Assembly: GCF_006345805.1 (NCBI RefSeq)
Contig: NC_043005.1
Span: 106,516,001-106,580,000, forward strand
Reading direction: 5' to 3'
Length of the DNA: 64,000 bases
Origin: Octopus sinensis
Taxonomy: Eukaryota
The stretch's first letter is position 1; each line of letters begins with the position of its first letter. The position numbers and the translations under genes are program-made. Below are positions 1-13,176 of this stretch, one piece after another. The notes below the pieces were generated by a model. The model had not been told where the DNA came from and did not search any database. It saw nothing but the letters and a program-made list of their open reading frames with translations.

Positions 1-405
1 GTATGTATGTATGTATGTATGTATGTATGTATGTATGTATGTATGTATGTATGTATGTATGTATGTATGTATGCATGTATGTATGTATGCATGTATGTAT
101 GCATGTATGTATGTATGTATGCATGTATGTATGTATGCATGTATGTATGTATGTATGTATGCATGTATGTATGTATGTATGTATGCATGCATGTATGTAT
201 GTATGTATGTATGTATGCATGCATGCATGCATGTATGTATGTATGTATGTATGTATGTATGTATGTATGTATGTATGTATACATGCATGTATGTATGTCT
301 GTCTGTCTGTATGTATGTATGTAGTATGTATGTATGTATGTATGTATGTATGTATGTATGCATGTATGTTTGTATGTATGAATGTATGTATGCATGCATG
401 TATGT
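1..405. repeat. (ATGT)n microsatellite with ATGC variants
   Basis: Direct tandem GTAT repeats; source of the MYVC pseudo-ORFs. Confidence 0.97.
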
Positions 406-2491
406 GTGGGTATCCTGGTTATGGCTCTGAACTGCATCCTGTAGGGGAGCTCTAGTTTAAGCATTGCAAAGTCTTGAGGAGAGTAGAATCTTCCCTTAGA
501 TACTAGTATTACCAACTTTACTCTGACCCGGTGTAGCAGCACATTTAAGGACCCCAGCTAGGGGTTAACTAGCTTATGGACGACGGGACACACAAATACT
601 TGGGTAGGTTTCTATGTGTGTGTGTATGTACCTGTGTATGTATGTGTATGCACCTGTGTATGTGTGTCTCTTGTATAGGGGAGCATCCTATCTTGCATTT
701 CATGCACGATGTATATATTTTATCATTATCGAATGTTTTCTTCCTTTTTCAGGTGAGTAAATTCTGCTTTGAGGGATGTCTGTTATTTCTATCAAATCTA
801 GAAACCATGTATAGACTCGTCTTTGACTCGCAGCAGTACCTGCTACAGTGGTAGTAGTAGTAGTAGTGGTGTTGCATATAGAATTAGAGGTGCACATATT
901 TTAACAAGCAAAGTTGGTGATTGATTAAGTTAACGCAATAAGATAACCGTTTATTGTGACCTTTTGGAGCTTACTCGTATCTAGTCCAGGAATTGAGAAA
1001 AAGAGGTGGCACGAAACTGTTTCCTGATACAAAGAGTAAACCACTTTTGAAACCATTTCCTCTTTTTCTGTTTGCGATATGGTCTTAGAATTTACAGAGT
1101 TTCAACAAAAAATATAAGATACATATTTCGTCGATATTCGCTTCACGGAACCTCCCTCAATCCCTGATTCTAAAATACTCTTTTTAGGATGTAGAATCTA
1201 TAGAAATTCTTGGACGGTTAATAGATATTGGCAAACAACACTACGGATACATTCCATAACAGATGTGTCCGTACAATAAAAAAATAATTTTGATTATTTC
1301 CTTTATTATCAATATAAGAAATAACCACGAACAGAAACATATTAAGGGCTAGCTGGCATTACTCCACGGTAGAAAGCAAAATAAATAACTCCGAACGCTT
1401 CTGGTTTATTAGCTTTCGTCAGCAGAAGCACAGACTTCGCAAATGCTTCCGAACACTAATGTAATTAGCTTACTACGCAAACATACTCATAAAAAAATTG
1501 TTTTTGTAAAACGAATCCAGATGTTTAACCTATGTGATCATCTCGCTGCTACACCTCCCACAATTTATTTCATTTGGCAAAAATGTCATGTAAAATTTCT
1601 ATTTTTCACCAACGTGAACTTTTCACATGTTCAATAAAATTCTCATGTATTTTTTCCCAATCATACACTTAAGTATTGTATATTTCTTTACATGCTGTTG
1701 TATTTATCTCAATTGTAATGCTTTTTGAAGTCGATATTTTATTGCTCCTGTCTCAAATAAAGAAATCACCATCATTGTAATTATTATTAAGTTGCTATTG
1801 TTGTTGTCCCTGCTAATGTTGTTATTTTATTCCCCTCTTTTACGTTTTATTCTCAATTTCATTTCAATTTTAATACTTTTTTCTTAATGCTATATTTTTT
1901 CCTTACTTTACAGTTTGGAACAACTTTTTTTCCTTTCACAATTTTACTCTTTAATTTTATTTTATTCTTTTCCGTTCTGCTATTGTTGCTCTTGTTCTCC
2001 TTGATATTATTGTCGCTGGGTAAATAGCCTTAAAGTTGTTGTTGTAATTTTTCCTGTGATTTATTTTCCTACACGTTTCTTTGTTATTATTTATTTTTCA
2101 CATTCTTTAATTTTGTTTTTCTTGATCAATTTAACTTTGTTATTTTTAATCTCATTGCCGTCATCAATATTACAATGAAGATATACGCCTAGTAGTAGTA
2201 TTAGTAGTAGTAGTTTTATTAATAGTAGTAGTTTTATTAATAGTAGTAGATATTTTTGTTTTTGTCTTTGTTGTTCGTTATGTTGCTGATGCTGTTCAAC
2301 AACGTTTTGATTATTTTTTAGACCGCTTTTTTTGTTATATGTATTTTTCCGTATTTTGTTTTTCAATTTTGTTGTTATCATTGTTGTTGTTGTTGTTAAT
2401 ATGTTATTTATTTTTTTCTTTATCTTATTGCCATCATCAATATTTTCCCCATTGATGATATTGTTGCCGTTATACTTTTTCCTCATTTTGC

Positions 2492-2551
<60 letters not shown>

Positions 2552-3173
2552 TACAGCTACTACTACTACTACTATTTTGCAGTGATTTATTGAGAGATTC
2601 TGCTTTTGTTTTATTTGATTTTCGTTTTCTCTCTCCTTGTTTCATTATTTTTCCTGCCTCGTCAGATTTTGTTTTATTGTTTTTACTTTTTAAAAAAACA
2701 AACAAAATTTCTATTGATTCTTCAATTTTTATGTTTACTTTGTCAGATTGAACATCATTTTGTTTATTTTTGCATTCATTTTACTTAATTTCAAAACGTT
2801 TTTACAGCAATTAATTTAAAACGTAATTGCTTGTAACTAAATGTTAAGCTATGTTTACGTTCACAGACAAATAGACACCGCCGCCAACCCTCACACGAAC
2901 AGATATACGTGCACACATAACATACGCAAATGCATACAAACACATCACATGCGCGTATACATACAAATATTGATGATATATGTAGATATGACTTCGGCAT
3001 TGTATATAGATGTATCATTAATGTATCTTTATGTTCATGCAAATACACATAAACACATACGTAAATAAACACATATATACATATATTCATATTCATATAC
3101 ATTTATATATGTGAGTTTACATATGTGTGCATATACATACATATCTATGTATATGTATATATATGATATAGAC

Positions 3174-3330
3174 GCAGCAGTGGCTGTGTGGTAAGAAGCT
3201 TGATTCCCAACTTCGTGGTTCTTGGTTTAGTCTCACTGCGTGGCACCTTGGGCAAGTGACTTTTACTATACCCTCAGGCCGACCAGAGCCTTGTGAGTGG
3301 ATTTGGTAGATGGAAACTGAAAAGGCCCAG

Positions 3331-3400
<70 letters not shown>

Positions 3401-3504
3401 TTGTGTGTGTATATATATATATATACACATACATATATATATATAATATTATATATATATATATTATATATATATATATATAATAATATATATATAATAA
3501 TATA

Positions 3505-3547
<43 letters not shown>

Positions 3548-3757
3548 TTGTCTGTCTCTGTCTATTCCCGGCCATCGCTTGACAACCCATGTTGTATGTT
3601 TTCGTCCCCCGTAACTTAGCAGTTCAGCAAAAGATATCGATAGTATAAGTATTAGGCTTACAAAGAATAAGCCCTACAGTCTATTTGTTCGACTAAAGGC
3701 AGTGCTCCAGCATGGCTGCAGTCAAGTAACTGGAACAAATAAATGAATAAAAGAATA
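3174..3757 (+). mobile_element. tRNA-derived SINE family A, full copy with internal (TA)n/(TG)n microsatellite
   Basis: tRNA-like head (TGGCTGTGTGGTAAG ... ) and CCTTGGGCAAGT motif, then microsatellite at about 3333-3547, then 3' half (CGCTTGACAACC...CCCCGTAACTTAGC...GTGCTCCAGCATGGC) seen in many copies in the window. Confidence 0.9.
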
Positions 3758-3782
3758 TATACATATATATACATACATACAT

Positions 3783-3822
<40 letters not shown>

Positions 3823-4476
3823 TTAAGAACTTTTGCTCCTAAAACAGAAAGATGAAACGTAGGAGGCAGGCATTCTCCAAAAACACGAATAAAAAGACGA
3901 TAAGAATTTGCAAATACAGCCGTAAGTCGTTTTAATCTTGATGTTGCATGCAAATTAAAGTATTTGTATAGAAAGAGATAAAGGCAGTTTCTGTGCGTTC
4001 GTATTCATATACAAGATGTGGTTATGTTTGACCGTTACATCACTTGGAATCGCTGCAGGAAGAAAATACGTCTAATCACTTAGGTCGCGCCGTCCGAAAG
4101 CTATAGATTTAATTCTCCCACAATGCAACACCACGACGTCCGCCATCCAGTGACCAATGGATTGGACAACTGGCTTCAAGGGAGGTAACTCTCTACATGC
4201 CTCCCTCCCACCACCCCTGCAAGACTTGTTGTCGGAAATAATAAACGACTACAAGTTAAGGGAAATACAAAGTCAAGGGAATGTAAATTGCACAGAGATT
4301 GCAAAGAGGCAACAGTGGGAGAAATGTGTTCAATGTGAAAAAGAAAAAAAAAAACTTGAGAAAAAATCTGCGTTCACAAAGAACAAATGTAAATGCAACA
4401 GGCATACAAAAGGAAAACAACTGTGTGTGGTGCTTATACGACTGTATGGATGTATGTGAAGCAAGGAAATAGTGTG

Positions 4477-4515
<39 letters not shown>

Positions 4516-4516
<1 letters not shown>

Positions 4517-4827
4517 TCTTTACTCTTTTACTTGTTTCAGTGATTTGACTGCGGCCATGCTGGAGCACCACCTTTAGTCGAGCAGGACTAGTCGACCCCA
4601 GGACTTATTCTTTGTAAGCCTAGTACTTATTTTATCGGTCTCTTTTGCCGAACCGCTAAGTTACGGGGACGTAAACACACCAGCATCGGTTGACAAACGA
4701 TGTTGTGGGGGACAAACACAGACACACAACACACAAACACACAAACACACACACATATATAGATATACATATGCATATATACGACGGGTTTCTTTCAGTT
4801 TCCGTCTACCAAATCCACTCACAAGGC
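4516..4827 (-). mobile_element. SINE family A, 5'-truncated
   Basis: Reverse complement of the family A 3' half plus CA microsatellite and part of the head. Confidence 0.9.
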
Positions 4828-4849
4828 AACCGTAAATGTAGATTATGGT

Positions 4850-5090
4850 ATATTTCTATGAAAGACATTATACATGTGATTAGAAGCTGCCTATATCCGA
4901 ATTACAAATTTACATTCATTCCAATAATAACTGGAGCACTTGAGTTTGTAAGTAAATGCCTGTCAGTCTGGATAATCTTGGATTTTCAGAAAAAGAAATC
5001 AACCAACAGATTCGTACATTACAGATACATTCTGTAAGCGGAACAGTAAAATTCTACAAGACTTTTCTCAAGTTTAAAATGCAACGTTGC
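4850..5090 (+). mobile_element. R4/Dong-type (RLE) non-LTR retrotransposon C-terminal fragment
   Basis: Translates as LYPNYKFTFIPIITGALEFV...EINQQIRTLQIHSVSGTVKFYKTFLKFKM; homologous to the fragment at 36726-37250. Confidence 0.75.
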
Positions 5091-5207
5091 TTTCGTTATT
5101 TACATTTCAAAGAGGAGGCTTTGTATCTTTGTTACAAAACCAGCACCTTCAGAGGAAAGAATTTAAATGATTAAATACAGAAGACACAGACAGACACACG
5201 CACACAC

Positions 5208-5303
<96 letters not shown>
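5208..5303. repeat. (GATA)n microsatellite
   Basis: Pure tandem GATA. Confidence 0.97.
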
Positions 5304-5304
<1 letters not shown>

Positions 5305-5966
5305 TAAACATGTATAAGCTCTACCCCATTCATATTATATTACTCAAAGATTCATGACCGAAAGTGATTCATGGAGAGGAATAGCTCGCAGCTGTGAAAT
5401 GATAAAACAGAAATGTCTCAACGTGCCGTGGACTTCTCCATAGCTTCATCGGGATTAGACATTTAGGGTATGCAGGGATTTATATTTGGCGATTCGAAAG
5501 CTCTCATGTCTGTTGCTTTCGTTAATATTTACACTTTTTTCTCATTGGAATCCCTTCCATTACTTTATTTACAGCTGAGGGCTAAAACAAACCATGAGAT
5601 TTTAGAATCTCACGGGTTTCTTCTTTAGTTACAATACATAGAATATAAGAGTTAATATCAAAGTGTTGTCATGAAAATAAATTATATTTTTCAATTATAA
5701 AAGAACACTATTTTCCGAAGTAATCCGGCAGGCAATGTTCATTGCCTGGCCTCTCACAAAACGGGAGAAGTCAACCAGAAGCATGGACATCATTCTCTGG
5801 TTAATGAAATATGAATTGACCTGAGCATTGAGTAATTTTTCAGTTCATCCGTAAAATTATTTTGTGAGTTGAAATATCTGCACATGTATAATCCAGAGAT
5901 GGTAGCACACACATACACGCTCACACAAATACATGTTGTGTACTTAAACATAAGTTTAAGTACACA

Positions 5967-6013
5967 TTGTCAAGCGATGTTGGGGGGGAGGACAAACACA
6001 GACACACAAACAT

Positions 6014-6084
<71 letters not shown>

Positions 6085-6249
6085 CGACGGGCTTCTCTCA
6101 GTTTCCGTCTACCAAATCTACTCACAAGGCTTTGGCCGACCCGAGGCTACAGTAGAAGACACTTGCCCAAGGTGCCACGCAGTGGGACTGAACCTAGAAC
6201 CATGTGGTTGGTAAACAAGCTACTTACCACACAGCCACTCCTACGCCTA
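5967..6249 (-). mobile_element. SINE family A, head and middle
   Basis: Reverse complement of the tRNA-like head (CACACAGCCACTCC) and the GGATTTGGTAGACGGAAACTG segment. Confidence 0.9.
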
Positions 6250-6295
6250 TATATATATATATATATGTATGTGTGTGAGTGTGTGTGTGTGTATG

Positions 6296-6346
<51 letters not shown>

Positions 6347-6404
6347 ATATGCACCCGCACACTCACACACATATCTCTATATATTCTTCAGAAAACTCTT
6401 GAAA

Positions 6405-6650
6405 CCAAGTGAGATCGTGTCCGATGCCGGTGCTACATAATTGGCACTTACTACACCCACTACACTCTTGGGAAGGTTGGTGTTAGGAAGGGCATGGAGC
6501 CGTAGAAACCATGCCAAATCAGATTAGAACGTGGTGCAACTCCCAAGCTTACCAGATTTCAGTCAAACCGTCTAACCCATGCCAGCATTGAAAGCGGACA
6601 TTAAATGATGTTGATGATGATGATGATGAGGAGGAGGAGGAGGAGGAAAG
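6405..6650 (+). mobile_element. 3' part of a SINE/LINE ending in a (GAT)n tail (RTE-related?)
   Basis: GTTGGTGTTAGGAAGGGCAT...AACCCATGCCAGCAT followed by (GAT)n; this motif style is known from RTE-related SINEs. Confidence 0.45.
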
Positions 6651-7559
6651 GAGGATATATATACACACCTTAGCCATAACTGATTTCTATCATGTTTTCT
6701 ATTAGCTTAATTCCTAAGTCCTTTGGCTGTTGGAGATAAAGTCGGACAAATTTCGTGCTGATAAAGACTATTGAGCCAGGAGCATGTACCCACGAATGTT
6801 CTCACTATGTCCAGACAATAATGTGTCTCTTTCATTAACAGCGTGTCAGTTTTGGAGAAATTCTTGAATCTCGAGATTATCTCCCCTTCTGAAGTAGAGC
6901 TAGTAATAATAGAGATTTGGTAATTATGATTGTATCTTGGGCAGACGGATATAGTAAATCAAGAATTTTCGTTGTATGGTATTCGACATATCAATATTTT
7001 CCTCGGTACGGTACCCACATCAGTGGCAGACAGTAAAAGGGAGAGTTAGCCGCTTATTCCGTCTGTAGACTGGGGTTATAGCCCTTAGCCTCCCGAACCA
7101 GGCATAAGATGAAGGCGTTGCTAGCTGGACAATGAATAATCGATAGGGCGGACGAGTCCTAAACTAATGGTTTGAAGGTTATTGCGGTTAAGCGGAAGAT
7201 CTGTCCCAACAGACAACGGTTGGGCATCAACTAGCAAGTGAGTTGCTCGTGTGGATCAGCCTCAACATCAATTATGTTCGTTGCACTCTGTTACATCAGA
7301 TTGTACCTGGTGTGAAGTCCAGTCTGCTGGACGGCATCAACCGCTTTACTCTCCATCCAAAGTGTTTTGTTTAGAGAAGTGAGAAGCCCTGTGGCGACGG
7401 AGTGAATGTGACAACAGCAGGTTTAAGTAACTAGAAGCTGCTAGCAAGAACTCTGCACACAGACAGCTCGCTGCAGATGGTCGCAGTCACTGTCGAACCC
7501 TCAGCACTAGCAGACTGAGGGAGTGATACCAGTGTGCAAGCAGCCTTTTTCAGGGACCA

Positions 7560-7870
7560 ATGCGCACCCCAGAAGGGGAAGCTCCAAGAAGACATGGGCA
7601 TTTGAGACTAGCCCTTTCATTCCTGTGTGAAACTGCTTGATGATGTTAACAAGCTTTTCAGGGCATCCATCAACCCTATCACTTTCAAAAGAATTTCCTG
7701 GCCCACCGCTTCGCGCCTTGAAAAAGTCTACGAACACCACGAACTGGCGAAGGTGTTGCTCCGCTGCTTTTTCCTGTAGCTGTCGCAGTGTGAAGATCAT
7801 GTCTATGGTTGTTCGCCCTCATCTGAAACCACACTGACTCACTGGTAAGAACTGCTCTGACACGTTTTAC
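7560..7870 (-). mobile_element. RTE-clade LINE reverse transcriptase fragment (degenerate)
   Basis: Frameshifted VLPESQCGFR*GRTTIDMIFTLRQLQEK...VVFVDF...GCPEKLVNIIKQFHTGMKG. Confidence 0.85.
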
Positions 7871-7989
7871 AACTGGCAAATGTATTTATTGTGCATCGCC
7901 ACACAGACACACACTTACAGAAGACAAACATACGCACTTATATTGTGTTGTAGTTGTAACCGCTGTAAAACATCATTTTATTATCATTG

Positions 7990-8026
<37 letters not shown>

Positions 8027-8861
8027 CAGCAGCAGCAGAAGCAGAAGCTCGAGCGTTTCCTCTCCTCCCACTTAGAGTCCATACTTGCAATTGTGTTCCC
8101 GTCACAACTTTTATTGTGTGCGCATATGTATGTGTATACGTTTGTGAATATGTACATGTATGAGTGTGTGAGTGTGTATGCGAGTGGGTGTGTGAATATG
8201 TGTGTACACACATACACAGCATATATATCATACATATACTTCTCAATTTTTTATACGGGCGTGGGGGCTCGCAGCCCACGCGTTCCTTTATGATTTCAAT
8301 TTTATGAAATTTTGTTTTTATAGCTTTTACGAAATCTATACTTTTAATCACTTCATTATCTTTAAGATTTGGTTTCAAGATTTGCTTAAAGAAATTGTCA
8401 GCTCCGTGTCTTTACAATCTTCACCTTAATTGCTGAAAAGATTAAACTTGGCTAATTTGTGAAGCTGGATGTGAATTAGCGTTTACATACAGATGTTTCA
8501 ACCGTGAAACCGTGAGCCAGCCACTCATTTTCTCGAGAAAGATGTTTCGAGCAGTTATATTACTGCATCTCTCTTTTCGAACTTTGTAGCTTGAAGAGTA
8601 GAGAATAGTTTGTGAGAGATTTGGCAGCTCTTCTTATCAGGATGAATGACTATGTAAAGGTTTCTTCGTTGATACTCATTAAAACACTTTTTATTATGGG
8701 CAATGTTTGATATTATTGAGTGAAATTAATTCGCACAGTTACTTTTATTGTTTTATTGTTTGTTACTGAAATATTTCTGAATACTGTTAGCATGCTGACG
8801 CAGCTCTTACTTCTGGGTTTTCTTGGCTTATATTCTATGTTATGTATGAAGACATTTGATG

Positions 8862-8968
8862 GTGGTGAGCTGGCGGAATCGTCAGCAAACCGGGCAAAAC
8901 ACCTGCCTGCATTTCGCCCGTCCTTACGTTCGAGACTCAAGTTCTGCTGAGGTCAACTTCGCGTTCGT
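8862..8968 (+). mobile_element. SINE family B head fragment (degenerate)
   Basis: GGTGAGCTGGCGGAATCGTCAGC...TTACGTTCGAG...GAGGTCAACTT matches family B copies. Confidence 0.65.
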
Positions 8969-8971
8969 GGA

Positions 8972-9280
8972 GGCACACGACCTAGTGATTAGAGAAGCGG
9001 ACTCGCGGTCGAGGGATCCCGGTATCAGATCTCAGACCGGGCGATGTGTTTGTTTATGAGCGAAACACCTAAGCTCTACGCGGCTCCGGCAGAAGGTAAA
9101 GGCGAACCTCTGGTGACTTTTTCGCCACAACTTTCTCTCACTCTTTCTTCCTGCATCTTGCAGCTCACCTGCGACGGACCGGCGTCCCGTCCAGGTGTGG
9201 AACCTATACGCCAAGGAAACCGGGAAACCGGCCCTTATGAGCCGGGCGTGGCTCGAGAAGGAACAAACAACGAAGACATT
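8972..9280 (+). mobile_element. tRNA-derived SINE family C
   Basis: Head GCGGACTCGCGGTCG..., body GAGCGAAACACCTAAGCTC, tail GGCGTCCCGTCCAGG...GGAAACCGGGAAACCGG; homologous to 31920-32212 and 24525-24690. Confidence 0.85.
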
Positions 9281-10452
9281 TGAATGAAGTTTAATAATTC
9301 ATTACGTTATCATTTTTAGTGGATTAGAAATATCAAAAATGCCAACCTGCACTTTGGGAAAACATTAAGTTTAGTATAGAAAAAAAAGAACAATACCGAA
9401 ATTCCCAGGTGTTGGCAAATAAGTCAGATTACTGGTTTGGTGCAGGTACTTGTCACATCTACGTTGGAGCGTGATGGGGGGGGGGGTATATGCAGGTGTA
9501 TGATCGGGAAGTGCATGAGGATATATATTCATATACGTGTTTAGTGTGAGAAAAAGGGTGTTTATATATGTAATATGTGGGATTGAGTGCATATGCATTT
9601 GAATGTGGGATGCATGTGAGCAAGGTTGTAAGCATGTGTATGTGTACATGATTATATACGTGAGTATGTGCGTGTAGAGTGTTTGTGGATGTATATCTGT
9701 ATGTTCTGGTGTGTGTTCGTATGAGAATATTTATGTATGTGATTTGCAAAAGAAGAGAAGTGCTGGTCTGCAGTTGTTCACAGCCTTTTGTCTTGGGTCA
9801 AGCTGGTTTACGTTTGAATTTATTCTGACATACTTTTTTCTTTTTTGACATATTGTGTATGGAGGATTACTTTTCTGAGTGTGTCCTATTTCCAAAGCAG
9901 CTTGTGTGTAATTGGAGACAGATTTAGCTGCTATTTCTAGCAGGTCGAGTAATTCTTTACAAACGTTGTTGTTAAGCGTGTCTTAGGTTTAATGTTTACA
10001 ATTAATCTTGCAGAAAGTATAATTACCACTATACTTACTAGCACTTAAACTTGATATAGAATTAAATCGTCAACAAGTAAACTCTTCATTAGTGCTTGAC
10101 TATATCCCAATATTTCTTCAACTTACCAAAATTTTACCTCGCCTTACATTAACGTTACCTTACCTGACCCTAGCATTGTATCACCTAGTTTTAATATTAC
10201 CCCCATCATCAATATCTCTTCACATCATCCCAACAAGACTTCACCGTACCCCAGTTTCACTTCACGCCAATATCACCCAGTCTTGTAATATTACTTCACC
10301 TCTCGTGCGTGTCCCCTATCTTACCTCAGTATCATATCATCTTACTATGTATCACCTCACCATATTCCACTATTACCCCTACTTTGTTCAGTATCGCCTA
10401 ACCATACCCCACTATAATCTCAATCTGTATCCCCTCAATTTATTCTTATATT

Positions 10453-10638
10453 AGAAGAGTTTACGAAAAAAACAAAAGACGAAGACAGGTGGTGTACAAA
10501 ACAAACAGATGTATTAGTATAACGCTCAGGAATAGAAAAAGTCTTTTACGTTTCGAGCCTACGCTCTTCTACAGAAAGGGACACAGAAAAAACAAGGAGA
10601 GAAAAAATGTGTGTAGTGGCTAACGATCTATCATGGCG
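10453..10638 (-). mobile_element. Dispersed repeat with GAGCGTAGGCTCGAAACGT motif (possible PLE terminal-repeat remnant)
   Basis: Homologous segments at 35300-35416, 51790-51905 and 52525-52640; the PLE link is inference. Confidence 0.55.
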
Positions 10639-11189
10639 ATTTATCTCAAAGTCACTTCACTTTAGCCGAGTGTTACCTCACTTCCTATAAAATTTCTTCA
10701 GCTTAACTCTAATCTATAATAATAAACTAACCAATGGCAAAATCTTCATGGGAGTAGCTTGACCTGCAACAAATAGCAACCAAATGTCCTTTAAATCATA
10801 TTCTTATATCTCAAAATAGGAATAGATAAATTGGATAATATAGGCGAATATGCACAATGCTTTTAAAAGGCGGAATGGTAACAAATGGTAAACTTTTAAT
10901 CCTAACTCTGCTCGATCAGAGCCGATATGTGGGTTACACAATATAGCATAATATTCACTCTTTGCTTTTCTTCCCAATGGAAAGAAGTGTCACAACAAGA
11001 AGAGAACCATTTCTGAAGAGCCGTTTTATCAGATGACTGGGTTTTTTTTTACCCTGATAAACCACACAGGATAGAAGCGCTATTTTCCAAACAATGAAAT
11101 TCTCAAGTTAAAGCAACTTACAGTCTCATATTTCACTGTCAGTATAATATATGCATATATTTATATGTATATATATATATATATATATA

Positions 11190-11228
<39 letters not shown>

Positions 11229-12129
11229 ATATATATATATATATATACATACACATACATACACATACATACATATGTATATATGTGTATGTCTGTATAT
11301 ATATATATATATATATATTAATATATATATATATATGTATGTGTATACATACATACATATATACGTATATATATGTGTGTGTGTGTGTTTGAAATCAATT
11401 ACACGTGCATAACATGGCATACATGATGTAGAAGTTTGTTTTATAGCCTTGTAGGTCTGGGTTAAAAAAAGACCTGTAGATATTCTTTTGTAAATATGAA
11501 TAGTTTTCTGCATTTTTCAGTTTGCATAGAAACTATCAGAAGTCTCTTTCAGGCCTGTTATCGTTTACTGCTCTGTAGTCCGATACAAGTATATCTTAGC
11601 AATTCCTTTAACGACGTAAAAATTGAGTTCTGTTCCTTTACATGTATTTAGATTCTAAATTTACATTTCAAATCAATGCACATCTTACGTCTTCAAAACT
11701 CTTAGTTTCACTAAACCATAACAAGAAGAAAAAAAAAAGAAGATATCTGAAAGGCAATAAATGGAATAAGTTATTCTTGCTGTTCTTCTCTTTCGTGCAG
11801 ATCAATCAGCCATATAACGGTTCTTCTAGTTGTACGTATCGTTACAGTTGACTGGTTATGTTATGTTTTGTTAAAATTAATAATAATTTGATTTCGAATA
11901 AAAAGCGCAAAATGTTATTTCAGAATATAAGTAGAACTGTTGAGGTTCTCGTGTCATTTCTTTATCTTACTATAACAGTGTGTGTCCGTCCTGAAAACAC
12001 TTGCTGGTACTTTTTGAATACATTTTATAGCAGTAATTATTGTGGGTGTGAGCCGCCCTCATAAAAAAGCTAGGATCACGAACTGACCCTTATTGAAACT
12101 ACTCACAGTTAATATTCTAAGGGTATGTA

Positions 12130-12335
12130 CGAGGGAATGCTGAAAAGTTCCTGGATATAAGGGTATCAAGAAAGGGTGCAGCTGTTAATTTTACAGAGGG
12201 GGTAGGATAACTATTTAGGAGAAGATATGCAAAAAGCATGATGGAATACAATATATATTCTTTTTGGCAGATTTAACGCATGACGACAGCATCTACAATG
12301 GAGTTTGGTAAGACTGAAGCACAGGCAGTCATGAA

Positions 12336-12392
<57 letters not shown>

Positions 12393-12396
12393 GTTA

Positions 12397-12453
<57 letters not shown>

Positions 12454-12478
12454 TATATTATTATTGTTATTATTGTTA

Positions 12479-12520
<42 letters not shown>

Positions 12521-12554
12521 GTTATTATTATTATTATTATTATTATTGTTATTA

Positions 12555-12597
<43 letters not shown>

Positions 12598-12847
12598 CAT
12601 TATATTATTGTTATTATTGTTATTATTATTATTATTATTGTTATTATTTTATTATTGTTATTATTAATATTATTGTCATTATTATCATTATTATTTATTA
12701 TTATTATTATTATCATTATTATTATTGTTATTATTGTTATTATTATTATTATTATTGTTATTATATTATTATTATTGTTATTATTATTATTATTATTATT
12801 GTTATTATTATTTATTATTATTATTATATTATTATATTATTATTATT

Positions 12848-12882
<35 letters not shown>

Positions 12883-13139
12883 GTTATAATTATTATTATT
12901 ATTATTATCATTATTATTACTGTTATTATTATTATTATTATTATTATATTGTTATTATTATTATTATTATTATCATTATTATTATTGTTATTATTATTAT
13001 TATATTATTATTATTATTATTATTATTATTAGTATATTATTATTATTATTATTATCATTATTATTATTGTTATTATTATTATTATTATATTATCATTATT
13101 ATTATTGTTATTATTATTATTATTGTATTATTATTATTA

Positions 13140-13176
<37 letters not shown>

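Noticed and set aside
1389-1428. Minus-strand CTGACGA...AGAAGCGTTCGGAG hammerhead-like relic
   Set aside because: GAAA and stems II and III are broken; cannot be supported.
4157-4459. Cys-rich ORF as a piggyBac C-terminal domain
   Set aside because: Cys spacing is only vaguely similar, with no DDD motifs or TTAA/TIR nearby.
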